Assembly: GCF_009914755.1 (NCBI RefSeq)
Contig: NC_060925.1
Strand: one strand, 5' to 3'
Length of the DNA stretch: 64,000 nucleotides
Origin: the human T2T-CHM13v2.0 reference genome, Homo sapiens
The translations under genes and the position numbers were made by a program. The notes under the pieces are model-generated. The model was given only the letters and a program-made list of their open reading frames with translations. It did not search any database and was not told where the DNA came from. Shown piece after piece: positions 1 to 16,799 of the stretch (its first letter is position 1; the number at the start of each line of letters is the position of its first letter).

Positions 1-1036
1 AACCTTTACTCACCAGGTCAGGGACAGAGGCCATTCATCACAGGCCAAGAGAGCCACAACGAGCGCTGGGCAGGGAGAGGCATGGGGAGCCTGCAGGCAG
101 CAAGGCAAACACAGAGGCCACTGAACCTGCCCAGGCTTAAGGTGAGGAGGGCAGTGGCTGGGCAGGGCCAAGGCAGACAGATGGGAAACAGGGGTCAGAA
201 AGTCGGGTAGATGCAACAGTGCTTGCGAGTGTAAAGGAGGAGAGTGTGTTGGGGTGGTGTAGGAAGGCACACTTTCTCTCATCATTTGAGGCTCTTAAAA
301 CAAAACAGAAAACCCCACCTAGAAAAGCAAAGTGTATGTCAGTGATACAGATACTAAGGAGGGTTCGGGAACTACCGGTACTTCAGTTTCTGAAGGAACT
401 CCAGCTGTCCCCCAGCTCACATTCTGTGAGAGCCAGATAAAAAGCTTGTTTTTTTTTTCCCTTTTTTCCTTGCCTGCCAAGGCCTGTCACTCCAGGCTTT
501 AGATCTCCTGGAGTGACACCTGCGTAGTTCCGGTTCCCAAACTCTCTGCAAGAGGGGCTGCCTTGCGTCCCTGTGCACTAAGCAGGTCACCACCCACTGG
601 CCATGGGAGCCTAGGCAGAGGGAAAGGAAGGCCAGATCCTCTTCCTCTTGTTTCCGATGAGCAAGGCTGTGCACTGCTTATGAATGGTGGAGCTGCGGCT
701 TCTTGCAGAACCTCTAAAGTCTCCCAGCTGCCAAGCTGACCCCTAACTAATCACCAGCCCCTCTGGCCATTGTTTTAATTCAGCAGTTTAGTGAACCACA
801 AATTGTTAGCCCTCAGTTTTGTTCTTCTTTAAAAGACAAATAATCCATAGTATTTTGACCTTTCCTCAGTTCTTACTTCCGAAATTCTAAGTTAATTTCA
901 TTACTCTCATCTCCAAACTTTCCACCTTATGCTGAGGACCCTAATCAAGTATGAAACTTCATCATCCAAAAGGCTGGCACTGATCAGAGCACAATGGAAA
1001 GGCTGCTGTGCTCTGCACACATTAGAGTAAACAAAC

Positions 1037-1143
1037 CTCATTCTTGTTTTTTGCTGTAGCATCACATTCACTGTTTTCAGGCTTCCTCAGGTGCGTCCAC
1101 CTTCCTCCTTGGTCAAAAGTGATCATGGTCTGGATAGAATTAT
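1037..1143 (-). CDS. SORT1: SORT1 exon 11
   Basis: (D)[35 protein letters not shown]; TCAG| and GAG|GTTTGT; 107 nt. Confidence 0.97.
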
Positions 1144-1283
1144 CTGAATGGGAAGAGAACAACATTAAGTCTGATACACTGGAAGTACCTAGGTTAGATT
1201 CACTTTATCACTGCATGACTCTCTCCTGAGACCGTATAGCACCTGGAGTCCGACAAGCTTGTAACACCTCACAAAACGGCTCA

Positions 1284-1679
<396 letters not shown>

Positions 1680-2024
1680 TTAGGACTGATACTCTTTGAA
1701 AAAAATACCTTTTAACTCCTTATCAACATGAACAGGCTGATGTCCATTCTCCTTCCCTGTTTGCTTGCCTGGGAAGTAAAATCTACCACAGGAAGGCATC
1801 CTAATCTTTATTCGGACAAGGCCATGACACTAGCCTTGTTTTAGGGACTCTTGAGATTCAGTAAGTGTGCAGAGTTCTGGATTAATAACTCTGAATTATT
1901 GTCTCTCCACTACTCCATATCCTATCTTTCTTGTACCTTTCTTTTTTCCCTCGTCTCTTCCCCATTCTTATTTTCAATGATATAAACTGTTGCAGGTTTT
2001 AAATTCAGAGATAATATCCTTTGA

Positions 2025-2338
<314 letters not shown>

Positions 2339-2381
2339 TCCTTTGAGTTTTCTAAGAAAAAGCAAACAAGGAAGCAAATGA

Positions 2382-3200
<819 letters not shown>

Positions 3201-3607
3201 AATAAAAACAGCCCCTACCTCCTACCGAAAAATAAATATATAAATAAAATGACACTTTAAGAGTCTTTGTACTTGAGACTAATGTGTTTATTTGTATAAC
3301 TGGGCCTAAGGAAAGGTGAGCTCTGTAGAGCCATTGAGTAGAACACAAGAAGAACCCTGGCTGGCTACTGCTATGCACCCTTACCAAGAAGAGCAGGAAG
3401 TGGGTCAAATTCAGGCTTATTCTCATAGGCCTACATCTCCCAATATAGAAGACTCACTTTATTACCTAAACAACATAGATTCAAAACATCTTTTTTTCTA
3501 CTTGTTGTTGCTCTCCTCACTCCTAGTTCTATTTATCATAACTTATTTAAAATAGGGAGCCTGAATTTGCATGGGTTTGGTCTGTCCCTGCTGGACTGTC
3601 CTCCTGA

Positions 3608-3971
<364 letters not shown>

Positions 3972-4219
3972 GACTCTGATACTTTGCATGTGTACTTCCT
4001 TCAGCTGAAAATGCCCTTCCCTCCCCATTCCTGCCTATCATACTTAAGGCTCAGTCTTAAATGTTTTTCAAGTGTGTTCACTGTATGGTTTTGAGTGCAA
4101 GGCTGTTCAGCCGTTTATTTGTAGGCTCATTTGGCAAGTATTACTGAACATCTACTATGTGCAAAAATTGTCATAAGCACCAGAGGAGCATCAGTGAACA
4201 CAACTTTAAAAATCACTGC

Positions 4220-5385
<1,166 letters not shown>

Positions 5386-5518
5386 GAAACAAAAAAATGT
5401 ACATGGGTAGGCTTGTTGGCTTGGCAAGCAACATTACTAGGGGACAGGTTCCCCGAAGCCTCAAATCCTACCACATGCAGCTGAAGGCACAGTACACCAC
5501 TGCGATGCCGAGACTCAC

Positions 5519-5674
5519 CTTCGGAGAGCACGCTTGTTATGTAGACGCCGCGGAGGGAGGTCACGTTGGTAAAGTCCGTCTCTCCGCCTGTGGTAGTGTA
5601 GAGATGTCGGTCCAAAGACTTGGAATAGACAATGCCTCGATCATCTGAGGTAAAGATTGTGCCAAACCCAGTGT
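5519..5674 (-). CDS. SORT1: SORT1 exon 10
   Basis: (D)[18 protein letters not shown]...TSVLSE(D); TCAG| and AAG|GTGAGT; 156 nt, phase 1-1. Confidence 0.98.
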
Positions 5675-6013
5675 CTGAAATAGGCAAACAAACAAAAATA
5701 CTAAGTCTTGGGTGGAACCAAAGAGAAAAACAATAGTCTAACCACACACATGATTACCTGCCTGACCAAACACAGTAGCCAATTGTGTCTCTTCATGATG
5801 AAGACTCAGACCTGAGAATTAATCAAGGTTTGATACTCAAGATCTTTATGCCCATCTTTAATTCTAGTACCCAGCTTAGTGCCTGGAATATGGCAGATGC
5901 TGAGTTTGTTGAATAAATTAATCAGATGCTACAGAAAAACTCTTCCCAGATATATTTTGGTGGGAGAGGCCCTATGTTTAGTTTACATATTTTTAAATCT
6001 TTACACTCTAGAA

Positions 6014-6607
<594 letters not shown>

Positions 6608-6810
6608 CTCTAGAACACCTGAACATACACACAAGCTACCAAAACAAGTGGCATTTTTAACAGGGGCTACAGATGATCTCTAGGACAGAAAAATCAGTAG
6701 GGCACTAATAAATTTCTAGGGGTAAGAGGAAAACTCGACATGTAAAAATAAAAGCTGCTCAAAGCTTACATCTCTATGCTTTTAAGGGTAAGCCACTAAA
6801 AAGCTCTTAC

Positions 6811-6955
6811 CTCCAGGTTCATCTACATGCATGAATACCATGTCATCATTTGCTGCCAGAATAGAATAGAACTGTTCCTGTCCCACGGAGGGGAGCTGGG
6901 CCATGCTCCATGTGTCCCCTTGATCTGTTGAAACGTGGATCCTTCTTGTGGTATC
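6811..6955 (-). CDS. SORT1: SORT1 exon 9
   Basis: [16 protein letters not shown]...HVDEPG(D); CTAG| and GAG|GTAAGA; 145 nt. Confidence 0.98.
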
Positions 6956-7879
6956 CTAGAACAGATGTCAATATTTATCTTTCTAATTTTCTGCCAAGAT
7001 GCCATGGGCAGGGACATGAACAAGAATGTTTTAAATAACTACTATTATCCATTTCTCTACTGGGTACGATTGCTATGAATGAAAGGTCATAGTACCAATT
7101 ACCAAAGCAATTTCTAGCCCCTAGCAAAGTTCTAGGTAAAGGAACAATCCATTCTATTCTAAGTAAGGCTATCTTGGCTTTCTCTTTGAATTCTTCATTC
7201 TGATGCGGCCCTGTAAGATAGTATAGTCTTGGTCTCTGATAGTCCACCTCCTTCAGTAGAGCTAAGGATTTGATGAGAACATTAGGTTGGCTTTATAGCC
7301 ATTTGCATACACTCAGGTAATTCTTAAAATGATGACTACTGCATAAAAGTTTGGTCCCTTTCATACAGTGCTTGCATAATTTAAAGAATTATATACTTAA
7401 GGGTCTAGAAAATAGAGATGAAACCCATGTTTGGGAGATCACAAGGGAAGTCAAGATGTAACACGCCTTCTCTCTAAGGAAGTCTCTCAGAATAGCCAGG
7501 ATGAAGGGAACAGGCATGGGCTGGAAAGAGGCCAAGGAGAGTCGGAAATTACTATAAGGAAACTGATTAGGGAGTATTTGGCTGACGAAAAGAGTCTGTT
7601 AAGAAAGCAATTAAAACTTAACTCTCTGATAAATAGCTTAACATCGCTACTAGATACAGTTAGCCTGAGCATGAGAATTAATGTCGGTGTTTCCTTAGAT
7701 TAAATACTCTTTAAAGTTCAGTGATAAGTACATTTAACTTATTCAACTTATACCAACATGTCTCATTACTTTGAATCTTATTCTCATTACTGTAGGTAGA
7801 AACCAGAGTTCAAAAGTACATCGCAAAATTTTAATTCTGTAGACAGCATTATACCATATATGCAGTATAGCATAGGAAG

Positions 7880-8010
7880 CTACCTCTGGAATTTGAGTCT
7901 GATTTCCAGCAGGATTCCACTACTGGTTGACCCTAGGTAAGTTACTCAATTTCCTCACCTATAAAACTGAGGTAATACTATTAGCTCACAGGGTTATTGG
8001 GAGGATATTA
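7880..8010 (+). mobile_element. MIR fragment
   Basis: GACCCTAGGTAAGTTACT...CTCACCTATAAAACTGAGGTAATA resembles the MIR core. Confidence 0.55.
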
Positions 8011-8447
8011 CAAAATGGCTTTGGAGAGTTATCTGTATTTACTGCCTACTTCTTCATCTCTAGTTCTCACTGAAGTCACTCCAATCGGCCTTTTAACTTC
8101 CAATGAAGTGCTTTTGTCAAGGTCACCAACAACCTCCACGTCGCCAACTCCAGTGGATAATTCTCAGAATGCACCTAACTCAATGGTCCTGATTTCCCTC
8201 TTCCTCCCGGATCCCTCCCTCTCAGTCTTCTTTGCTGGATTCTTCTCTTTCCAACCTTTCAGTTGTGGGTGCTTCAGGGCTTGCTCAGTCCTCCCACCTC
8301 TTTGCTACCTACTTACTCCTCCAGAAGGTATCATCTGGTCACATGGCTTCAAATACCATAGCAATTAGGGAGATTCATATACCCAAATGCTCACTTGACA
8401 TCTCCATTCAGATATCTAATAGGTGTCTCATATGCAGAACTGAATTC

Positions 8448-8746
8448 TTTTTTTATTTTTTTTGAGACAGAGTCTCACTCTGTTGCCCAGGCTGGAGTGC
8501 AGTGGCATGATCTTGGCTCACTGCAACCTCCGTCTCCACAGTCCAATTGATTCTTGTGCATCAGCCTCCTGAGTAGCTGGGATTACAGGCCTGCGCCACC
8601 ACGCTTGGCTAATTTTTTGTATCTTTTAGTAGAGACAGGGTTTCGCCATGTTGGCCAGGCTGCTCTCAAACTCCTGACCTCAAGTGATTTGCTCGTCTTA
8701 GCCTCCTAAAGGGCTGGGATTAAGGCGTGAGCCACCATGCTCGGCC
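8448..8746 (-). mobile_element. Alu (S family)
   Basis: Reverse dimer. Confidence 0.93.
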
Positions 8747-9495
8747 CAAAACAGAATTCTTGATTTTTCTCCCACAACCTGCTCCTCCTGCAGTCTTTGC
8801 CATCCTAGAAAATGGCACCACCATTCAGGCGCTCAGGATACAGACTCTTAAAGGTACCCTTGATTCCACTCATTCTCTCACAACCCACATCAAATCCATC
8901 AGCAAGTCCTATTAGTAATATGTTTAAAAATGTATCCACAGTCTCACCACCTGCCCCCTTACCCACTGCCAAGAGCCTGGCCAAGCTACCACCTCCCCAG
9001 CTTGGACTCCTGAGAGAGCTCCCGGCGCTCCCGCTGCTTCTGCGCGTGCCCCTGTCAGGCTGTTCTGCGCACACCTATTCTTCAAAAGAGAAGCCAAATC
9101 TCAGCATTCCCCTGCTCACAACCCTCTCACAGCTCCCAACACAAGAAGAGTAAGGCCCACATCCTAATTGTGATCTACAAAGGCCACATAAGGTCTGGCC
9201 AGGCCCCCTCTGGCCCCACTTTGGACTATTATTCTCTGTGCTCCCCCCATACTGCCCTTCTCCCCTTTGCTTGGATTGATCGGGCATGCTCCAGTCTGAG
9301 GGTCTCTGCACTGGCTGTGCCTCATCCTACTCTCCTCCCAGATGGCCACATGGTCAAGTTCTTGTCTCACTTAGGTCTCAGAGAGCCCATCCTAAACAGT
9401 CTGTCTAAAAGAGCACTGACTCCTGACACTTTGTTTTCTTACTGTTTTAGATTTCTTCGCGGCTTTAATTATTACCTGATACACACACACTCACA

Positions 9496-9793
9496 TTTAT
9501 ATTTATTTATGAGACAGGGTCTTGTGCTGTTACCCAGGCTGGAATGCAGTGGCATGATCACAGCTCACTGCAGCCTCAACCTCCCCAGGCTCAGATGATC
9601 CTCCCACCTCAGCCTCCCAAGTAGCTGAGACTACAGGCACATGCCACCATGCCTGGCTAATTTTCTTATTTTTTGTAGAGACAGGGTTTTGTCATGTTGC
9701 CCAGGCTGGTCTTGAATTCCTGGGCTCAAGGGATCCACCCGCCTCAGCCTCCCAAAGTCCTGAGATTACAAGTGTGAGCCACTACCCCCAGCC
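9496..9793 (-). mobile_element. AluJ
   Basis: Reverse dimer with J-type CTGGGCTCAAG. Confidence 0.9.
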
Positions 9794-10029
9794 TTCATAT
9801 TTATTTTTTGAGTATTTATTTTCCCCCTTAAACATAAGTTCTGAGAGCAGGAAATTCATCTGTTTTGTTCACTGCCATATTCCTGGGACTTAGAATAGTA
9901 CCTAGCATATAGTAGGCACTCAATTAATGTTATCTAATTGTATTTTTATTCTTGGATAATGAGCAAGAGATTGCTTTCTACAGATGTCCATTGTCTGAGT
10001 AATGCCCAAACACTGGATCAAAATATCCT

Positions 10030-10325
10030 GGCCGGGCGCGGTGGCTCACGCCTATAATCCCAGCACTTTGGGAGGCTGAGGCGGGGGGATCACCTGAGCT
10101 CAGGAGTTCAAGACCAGCCCGGCCAACATGGCAAAACCCCATCTCTACTAAAAATACAAAAATTATCCGGGTGTGGTGGTGCACACCTATAGTCCCACTT
10201 ACTTGGGAGGTTGAGGCAGGTGAATTGCTTTAATCTGGGAGGCGGAGGGTGCAGTGAGCCGAGATTGCGTCACTGCACTCCAGCCTAGGCAACAGAGAGA
10301 GACTTTGTTTCAAAAAAAAAAAAAA
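10030..10325 (+). mobile_element. Alu (S family)
   Basis: Full dimer with A tail. Confidence 0.95.
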
Positions 10326-10547
10326 TCCCAAAAAAGATAACAGAATTCACATGGTGACAGAAGGCCAAAGTGCAGAGTAGCCTATCAGTCAATCAGCCTT
10401 TGCAAAAAGAATCACCCCTAACACTCACAGTGGTACTAAATATAACAAAAAGACAAGAAACTCTGTCAATGCCAAGTAATAAAGAGAATCTATACGAGAG
10501 ATATTTGCAGAAATATCAGACCCCAAAGGGGAGAGGGCAATACCTAC

Positions 10548-10678
10548 CTTATCAGCCATCACAGAGGCAAAAAGGAAACGTCCCCCAAGACCAAATGAGT
10601 AGATTTTCACACCAATAGTTTTGAAGCTTTTTCCCAAGTCTGAAGTTCTCCATAATTCCAGAGCCCCAAGGTCAGCTT
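10548..10678 (-). CDS. SORT1: SORT1 exon 8
   Basis: (K)[18 protein letters not shown]...SVMADK; TAAG|AAG acceptor, AAG|GTAGGT donor; 131 nt. Confidence 0.98.
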
Positions 10679-10826
10679 CTTAAACAAGACAAAATATTAA
10701 TTAAAATTTCACTTACTGGTGAGCCTAGTTCAAAGCAGTTGTTTTAGAATCAATCTTAATTTTATAGCTAAAGCATTTTAAATACTATGCATGTTAATCA
10801 AGTGACAACATAAAATGTGATACAGC

Positions 10827-11128
10827 GGCCAGGCGCAGTGGCTCATGCCTGTAATCCCAGCACTTTGGGAGGCTGAGGTGGGCGGATCACGAGGTCAGGA
10901 GATAGAGACCAAACTGGCTAACACCATGAAACCCCATCTGTACTAAAAATACAAAAAAATTTAGCCAGGCGTGGTGGTGGGCGCCTGTAGTCCCAGCTAC
11001 TCGGGAGGCTGAGGCAGGAGAATGGCGTGAACCCGGGATGCAGAGTTTTCAGTGGGCAGAGATCGCGCCACTGTGCTCCAGCCTGTATGACAGAGCAAGA
11101 CTCCGTCTCATAAAAAAAAAAAAAAAAA
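10827..11128 (+). mobile_element. AluY
   Basis: GGATCACGAGG, GAATGGCGTGAACCC; TSD GTGATACAGC. Confidence 0.93.
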
Positions 11129-11260
11129 GTGATACAGCATTAGATATAGGCAATTCATATTTGTGTTTTATTTTATACATTTCAGATTTTATGCTCAATG
11201 GAAAGGTAAGAGATTACTTAATTCTAATACAGTGTTTCATAAAAACATCAAAGCCACAGC

Positions 11261-11609
<349 letters not shown>

Positions 11610-11633
11610 TTATCCTATTTTAAATTGTCTTGA

Positions 11634-11773
11634 GTTTTCTTTTCTTTTCTTTTAAGGGCTGGGGGTCTTGCCACATTGCCCAAGCTGTCCTTGAACTTCT
11701 GGGCTCAAGCAATCCTGCTGTCTCAGCCTCCCAAGTAGCTGGGACTGCAGGCATGCAACCATCATGCCCAGCT
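11634..11773 (-). mobile_element. FLAM / Alu monomer
   Basis: Single reverse monomer. Confidence 0.8.
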
Positions 11774-12279
11774 GGAGTTTTGGTTTTCCTGAATTTACGT
11801 TCCATGAGGGCAGGCCTTGGGTGTTTTCTTCTCTCCATCCTTAGAACAGTGTTTAGCATATGAGCAGGTGCTCAAATATCTGTTGAATGAGTAAATGAAA
11901 GATTTTGCTTTCTGTTTTGAAGTTGTGTCAGAGTTTGGGAAGCCAGCTGCTTCTGCAAACACAAACACAACCCTTGCTTTCCTGTAGAAATAACCATGCA
12001 TTTCAATTTGCTATTGTCTGTAGCATAATATTTGCTTTACATAAATACATTGCTAAGATTAAATATTGCCTCTACGTATAGCCTATATTTTTACTTGATC
12101 TGGGTAGTGTAGTAATTTGGTTTTACTTTCAAGATTTTAATAACCACTAACAGCTTTCTTTAGCTATTACAATTTCAGGAGAATGGAGGGACCTTTTATG
12201 TTTCTACCTTGCACAACCCAGAAAATTCTACCATGAATGGACAACAGGACATTATTTTCTGGGACTAAAATATACTTAC

Positions 12280-12329
12280 TGCAGGAGCCATTTGCATAGG
12301 TTGTAAAGAAGATGGTGTTGTCTGATCCC
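12280..12329 (-). CDS. SORT1: SORT1 exon 7
   Basis: (W)GSDNTIFFTTYANGSC(K); GTAG| and GCA|GTAAGT; 50 nt. Confidence 0.97.
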
Positions 12330-12599
12330 CTACAATGAGGCAAAAACAGGGAAAAGAAATGGTTTAAGACTGCTGAAGGACTGTGTTGACCTTACTCACA
12401 AACTTCCTAGCAGGTCTAACAAGCTTCATTCACAGGCACTGACAAGCACCACTTCTCAGGCGCTGAGCCCTGGTCCTTCACAGCTCTGCCTGTCAAGCTC
12501 CCCACTGCCCGGCCCATGTGTTGTCTACAGTCCACCACTTCTTTACGTGAACTCTTTCAGGCAGTCATGCTGGTCTACTCACCCTCTCAACATTTGCCT

Positions 12600-12769
12600 C
12601 TGACATTTTTGATCATCACAACTGAGGGGTGGGTGGCGGAGGTGTTATTGGCATCTACCGGGTAGAGGCCAGGGATGTTGCTACACATTTTATGATGCAC
12701 AGGACGGTCCTCCACAATAAAGAATTCTTTGATCCAAAATGTCATTAGTGCTGAGGTTGAGAAACTCTG
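12600..12769 (+). mobile_element. MER20 (hAT) fragment
   Basis: GGTAGAGGCCAGGGATGTTGCTA...GTGCTGAGGTTGAGAAACTCTG matches MER20 3' part. Confidence 0.85.
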
Positions 12770-13284
12770 TTTTAGAGCACTGTACCATCTGCACAGCCAC
12801 TTGGCATGCATTTGCCTGTTTTTTATTTTACTTGCATAGTATATGCCTTACCTTTCCTACTATATAAATTAGCTTCTTCAGGGCAGGTACTATACTTTGC
12901 TGTTTCCCTTCAGAATCTAGTTCAATGCTTTGTATGAGTTAAATAATTTAGTTCTTCCATCTCAAATGGACAACTAGGTCGGAGGTTGAATTATTTAAAA
13001 TGTAACCTGGAAAGGGAGTTTGCAGGGAACTAGATTCAGACCCTCCTGGCACTTACTGGATTGCAACCAAAAAAAGGTGTTGGTTTTGAGCATGTTCTTT
13101 CAGAACTTTTGGTTGTAAATTCCTAGAAACTAGAGATCTAAAAAGGTGAGTAAACAGCAGCATCCTGGTTATTCATATTTAGACACTAAACAAAAAAAAA
13201 AAAACATGTTACAAAAGTAAAAACCTTGCATAGGATACAAAACAAAATCCTATTTTAAAATAACTTTTTAGTTTTAAAGATAAG

Positions 13285-13589
13285 GTTTTGTTTGTTTATT
13301 TAAGTGATGGAGTCTTGCTCTGTCACCTAGTTTGGAGTGCAGTGGTGCAATCACAGCTCACTGCAGCCTCGAACTCCTCGGCTAAAGTGATCCTCCCATC
13401 TCATTCTCTTGAGTAACGAGGACTACAGGTGTGCACCACCATGCTTGGCTTTTTTTTTCATTAATTTTTTGTAGAGATGGGGTCTCACTCTGTTGCCCAG
13501 GCTGGTCTTGAATTCCTGGTCTCAAGCAATCCTTCCATCTCAGCCTCCCAAAGTGCTTGGATTAGGGGTATGAGCCATTGCACTTGGCT
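13285..13589 (-). mobile_element. AluJ
   Basis: Reverse diverged dimer. Confidence 0.9.
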
Positions 13590-13624
13590 AAAGATGACTT
13601 TTAATGATTAAAATTTAACAAAAC

Positions 13625-13781
13625 TTAGCCAGGTGTATGCCTGTAGTTCCAGCGACTGGGAAGGCTGAAGTGCGAGGATCACTTGAGCCCAGGAGGCAGA
13701 GGCTGCAATGAGCAGAGATCGTGCCACTACATCCCAGCCTGGGTGACAGAGCCAGGCCTTATCTTAAAAAAAGAAAAAAAA
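13625..13781 (+). mobile_element. Alu right monomer (FRAM/AluJ)
   Basis: Right arm only, A tail. Confidence 0.85.
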
Positions 13782-13860
13782 ATTATTTACACATGACCTA
13801 CATGTTTTAGTTCCATCAGGAGTGAAACAATTTAACTTAGTTATCTTAAAAATTACTTCC

Positions 13861-14248
<388 letters not shown>

Positions 14249-14280
14249 CTATAAAAACCTCATTAAAAAAACATTTCTGG

Positions 14281-14580
14281 GGCTAGGCATGGTAGCCCAT
14301 ACCTATAATCCCAGTACTCTGGGAGGCTGAGGAGGAAGGATTGCTTTAGCACAGGAGTTTGAGACCAGCCTGGGCAACATAGTGAGACCCCCTATCTCTA
14401 CAAAATAAAAATACAAAAATTAGCTAGGCATGGTGGCACATGCCTGTAGTCCCAGCTACTTGGGAGGCTGAGGCAGAAGGATCACTTAAGTCCAGGAGGT
14501 CAAGGCTGTGGTAAGCCATGCCTGTGCCACTGTACTCTAGCCTGGACAAAAGAGCAATACCCTATCTCAAGAACAAGAAC
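14281..14580 (+). mobile_element. AluJ
   Basis: Diverged dimer; TSD AACATTTCT. Confidence 0.9.
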
Positions 14581-15725
14581 ATTTCTAGAAAAGGCCTACT
14601 TTATTTAAGCAATATATTTAATATTTTAATCAATCTTGGTAGACATATTTCAAATCTGTATTCTACACTTTCCTGATTCCTAGAGTACAGGAAACTCTTG
14701 GGATTGTGGGTCATCATCATGAACATCAATTCTATCAAACTATAACACAGTGTTCCCATTAGAAGTTACTAACACAGGTGTACTTTCTTGATCTAGCACT
14801 AAATAATTTAATACTGTTTATTCTCTAAGTTTTTGTCTGCTCTTTTAGAGTAATTCCACCTCCTTCCAGCTCTCAGGCTGTAATTCTAATGCTGTTACGT
14901 GCTTATTGCAGCAGTTACATATCCTACCTCTGTAACCAATCTGCTATAAACTGGGATTCACAAATTAGCTGAAATTAGTCAAAGGGAAAGGAGAAAGAGG
15001 CTCTAAACAACATTCTGAGCCTAATCAGATTTTGGAGGCATGAAGCCTGTTAATTCAGTTCTTGCTTAGCCATCCCCACATTCTCCAAATAAGCCTCCTT
15101 TCACAAAAGGAAAAAACTAAAGCCCAGAAAGGTTGAGCCCCTGACTAGCAGCAGAGTGAGGACAGAACAAAGGTGACGAGACTCCCAAGTAAGAGCTCCC
15201 TCCACTCCATCCTCTTTAAGCAGGCACCCGGAGGGGCAGGGAATCTCTCCGAGAAAAGTGAATGAGTTGTGGTGCGCAATGTGACTTCAGGAGTCTGGAA
15301 GCTCTTTCAGCTTTCTTCCTGATTCCTTGCCATGTTCTACATGACTGAAATGGAACTCTAGACAAGAGGGTAAATCTGGGCATGGAGAAGTATTTAAATC
15401 CCTAAATTAAAGCTATATTTTATTGTATTTTAATTGATGTCACCATTCATGGAGAATGAACCCTGGGCAGGCAGCAGCAACTCAGTCACCTGCCTTGTTT
15501 TATACTTTATGTTCTAACATTTAAGTGAGACTAAGTCTTCTTTTCCAGCAGAATGAGAAGCTCCTCCAGGTCAAGGCCTGTGTCACACCCCTCTCCAATA
15601 TCTCTTATGGCACCCTGAAGAGTACTTGGCACACAGTAAGTGCTCAATATTTATTCATGTGATTTTTGGCAGCGCTATCAGGAAGGGTTTAGGGCTCTGC
15701 ACAGATGGAGTCTTCTGTTACTCAC

Positions 15726-15799
15726 CATTTGGCCAAACATACTGCTTTGTGGATTTCTTCCCATTTTCCCCCAAAATTCTTGGACACCCACAGGCCATT
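15726..15799 (-). CDS. SORT1: SORT1 exon 6
   Basis: [24 protein letters not shown](W); TCAG| and ATG|GTGAGT; 74 nt. Confidence 0.98.
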
Positions 15800-15989
15800 C
15801 TGAAAGATTATAAATGACTTATCAAAATTCTAGCTTTATCCTGTGTAGTTGCTTGTATGACCTTTAATATTTCATATCCAATCATTCAGGACAGGAAAAA
15901 CACATACTGAAGCTCCATCAGAGCTGCCCGAGCTCCACAGACACACACGTAGTTTATCTGGGCCCTTTTGGGGTCTTGGAAGTTCAGAA

Positions 15990-16760
15990 TAACAAATGCG
16001 TATGAAGTGCCTATTATGTGCCAGGCACTGTACCAGATGTTGCACTGGGGATACAAAGATGAATAAGACACACTCCCTGCTGAGAGAAGGGGCTCACAGT
16101 TTAACAAGGCGCATAGATAAGAAGAAAGTTCAACACTATGCAGAGTTATAAAATATGGTCTAGTATAGAAGTGAGGAGAGGAGGAACATTGCATCAGAGA
16201 TGGTGTCCTGAAGAAGACAGGTGCACTGAGTTTTAAATGATGAGCAGTGGGACCAAAAGAAGGCAAACAGGGAGATGAGGTGTTGCTGCACAAAGAGAGA
16301 CTAGTATTAGCAAACGCAAGGAGGTCATAAACCCTGCAGTGTGTGCAGGGAGCTAAAAGCCATCAGGCATTACCTGAGTGCAAATTCCAAGGTAAGCAAA
16401 TGAGGAACTAACGCTAGGCAGAAAGGTGAGGCCAGCTCACAGAGAGCCTTCCTTCTGTGCCATGGTAAGGACTCCAGGGTTTATTGCATATGAGGTGCTC
16501 TCAGGAGGAATGTGTGCTAAGCAGGAGGATGACACAGTCCGTTTCACTTTCTTAGGTGGAGTACTTGGACGTGAATGGGAAAGATGGATTTCAGAGGGTC
16601 CAGACTAGAGGCAAGGAAAAGCAGGGAATGACTGCCACATTAGTTCGGTAAGAGCTAATGAGGTCTTGAACACTGGCCATGAGGAACAGGCTCTGCAAGA
16701 ATTTAGAAGCTAGCATAGTAGAACGGGATGACTTCTCCTGCAGGGCAGGATGAGAGGTAG

Positions 16761-16799
<39 letters not shown>

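Larger units (their letters stand above)
8040..9935 (+). mobile_element. L2 relic interrupted by two Alus
   Basis: Pyrimidine-rich L2 body ending CCTAGCATATAGTAGGCACTCAAT. Confidence 0.7.

Noticed and set aside
889-906. HNF1-like site GTTAATTTCATTAC
   Set aside because: Spacing does not fit GTTAATNATTAAC
16763-16796. TG repeats as TDP-43 (UG)n sites
   Set aside because: SORT1 is on the minus strand, so the pre-mRNA reads (CA)n; the TDP-43-regulated exon 17b is outside this window
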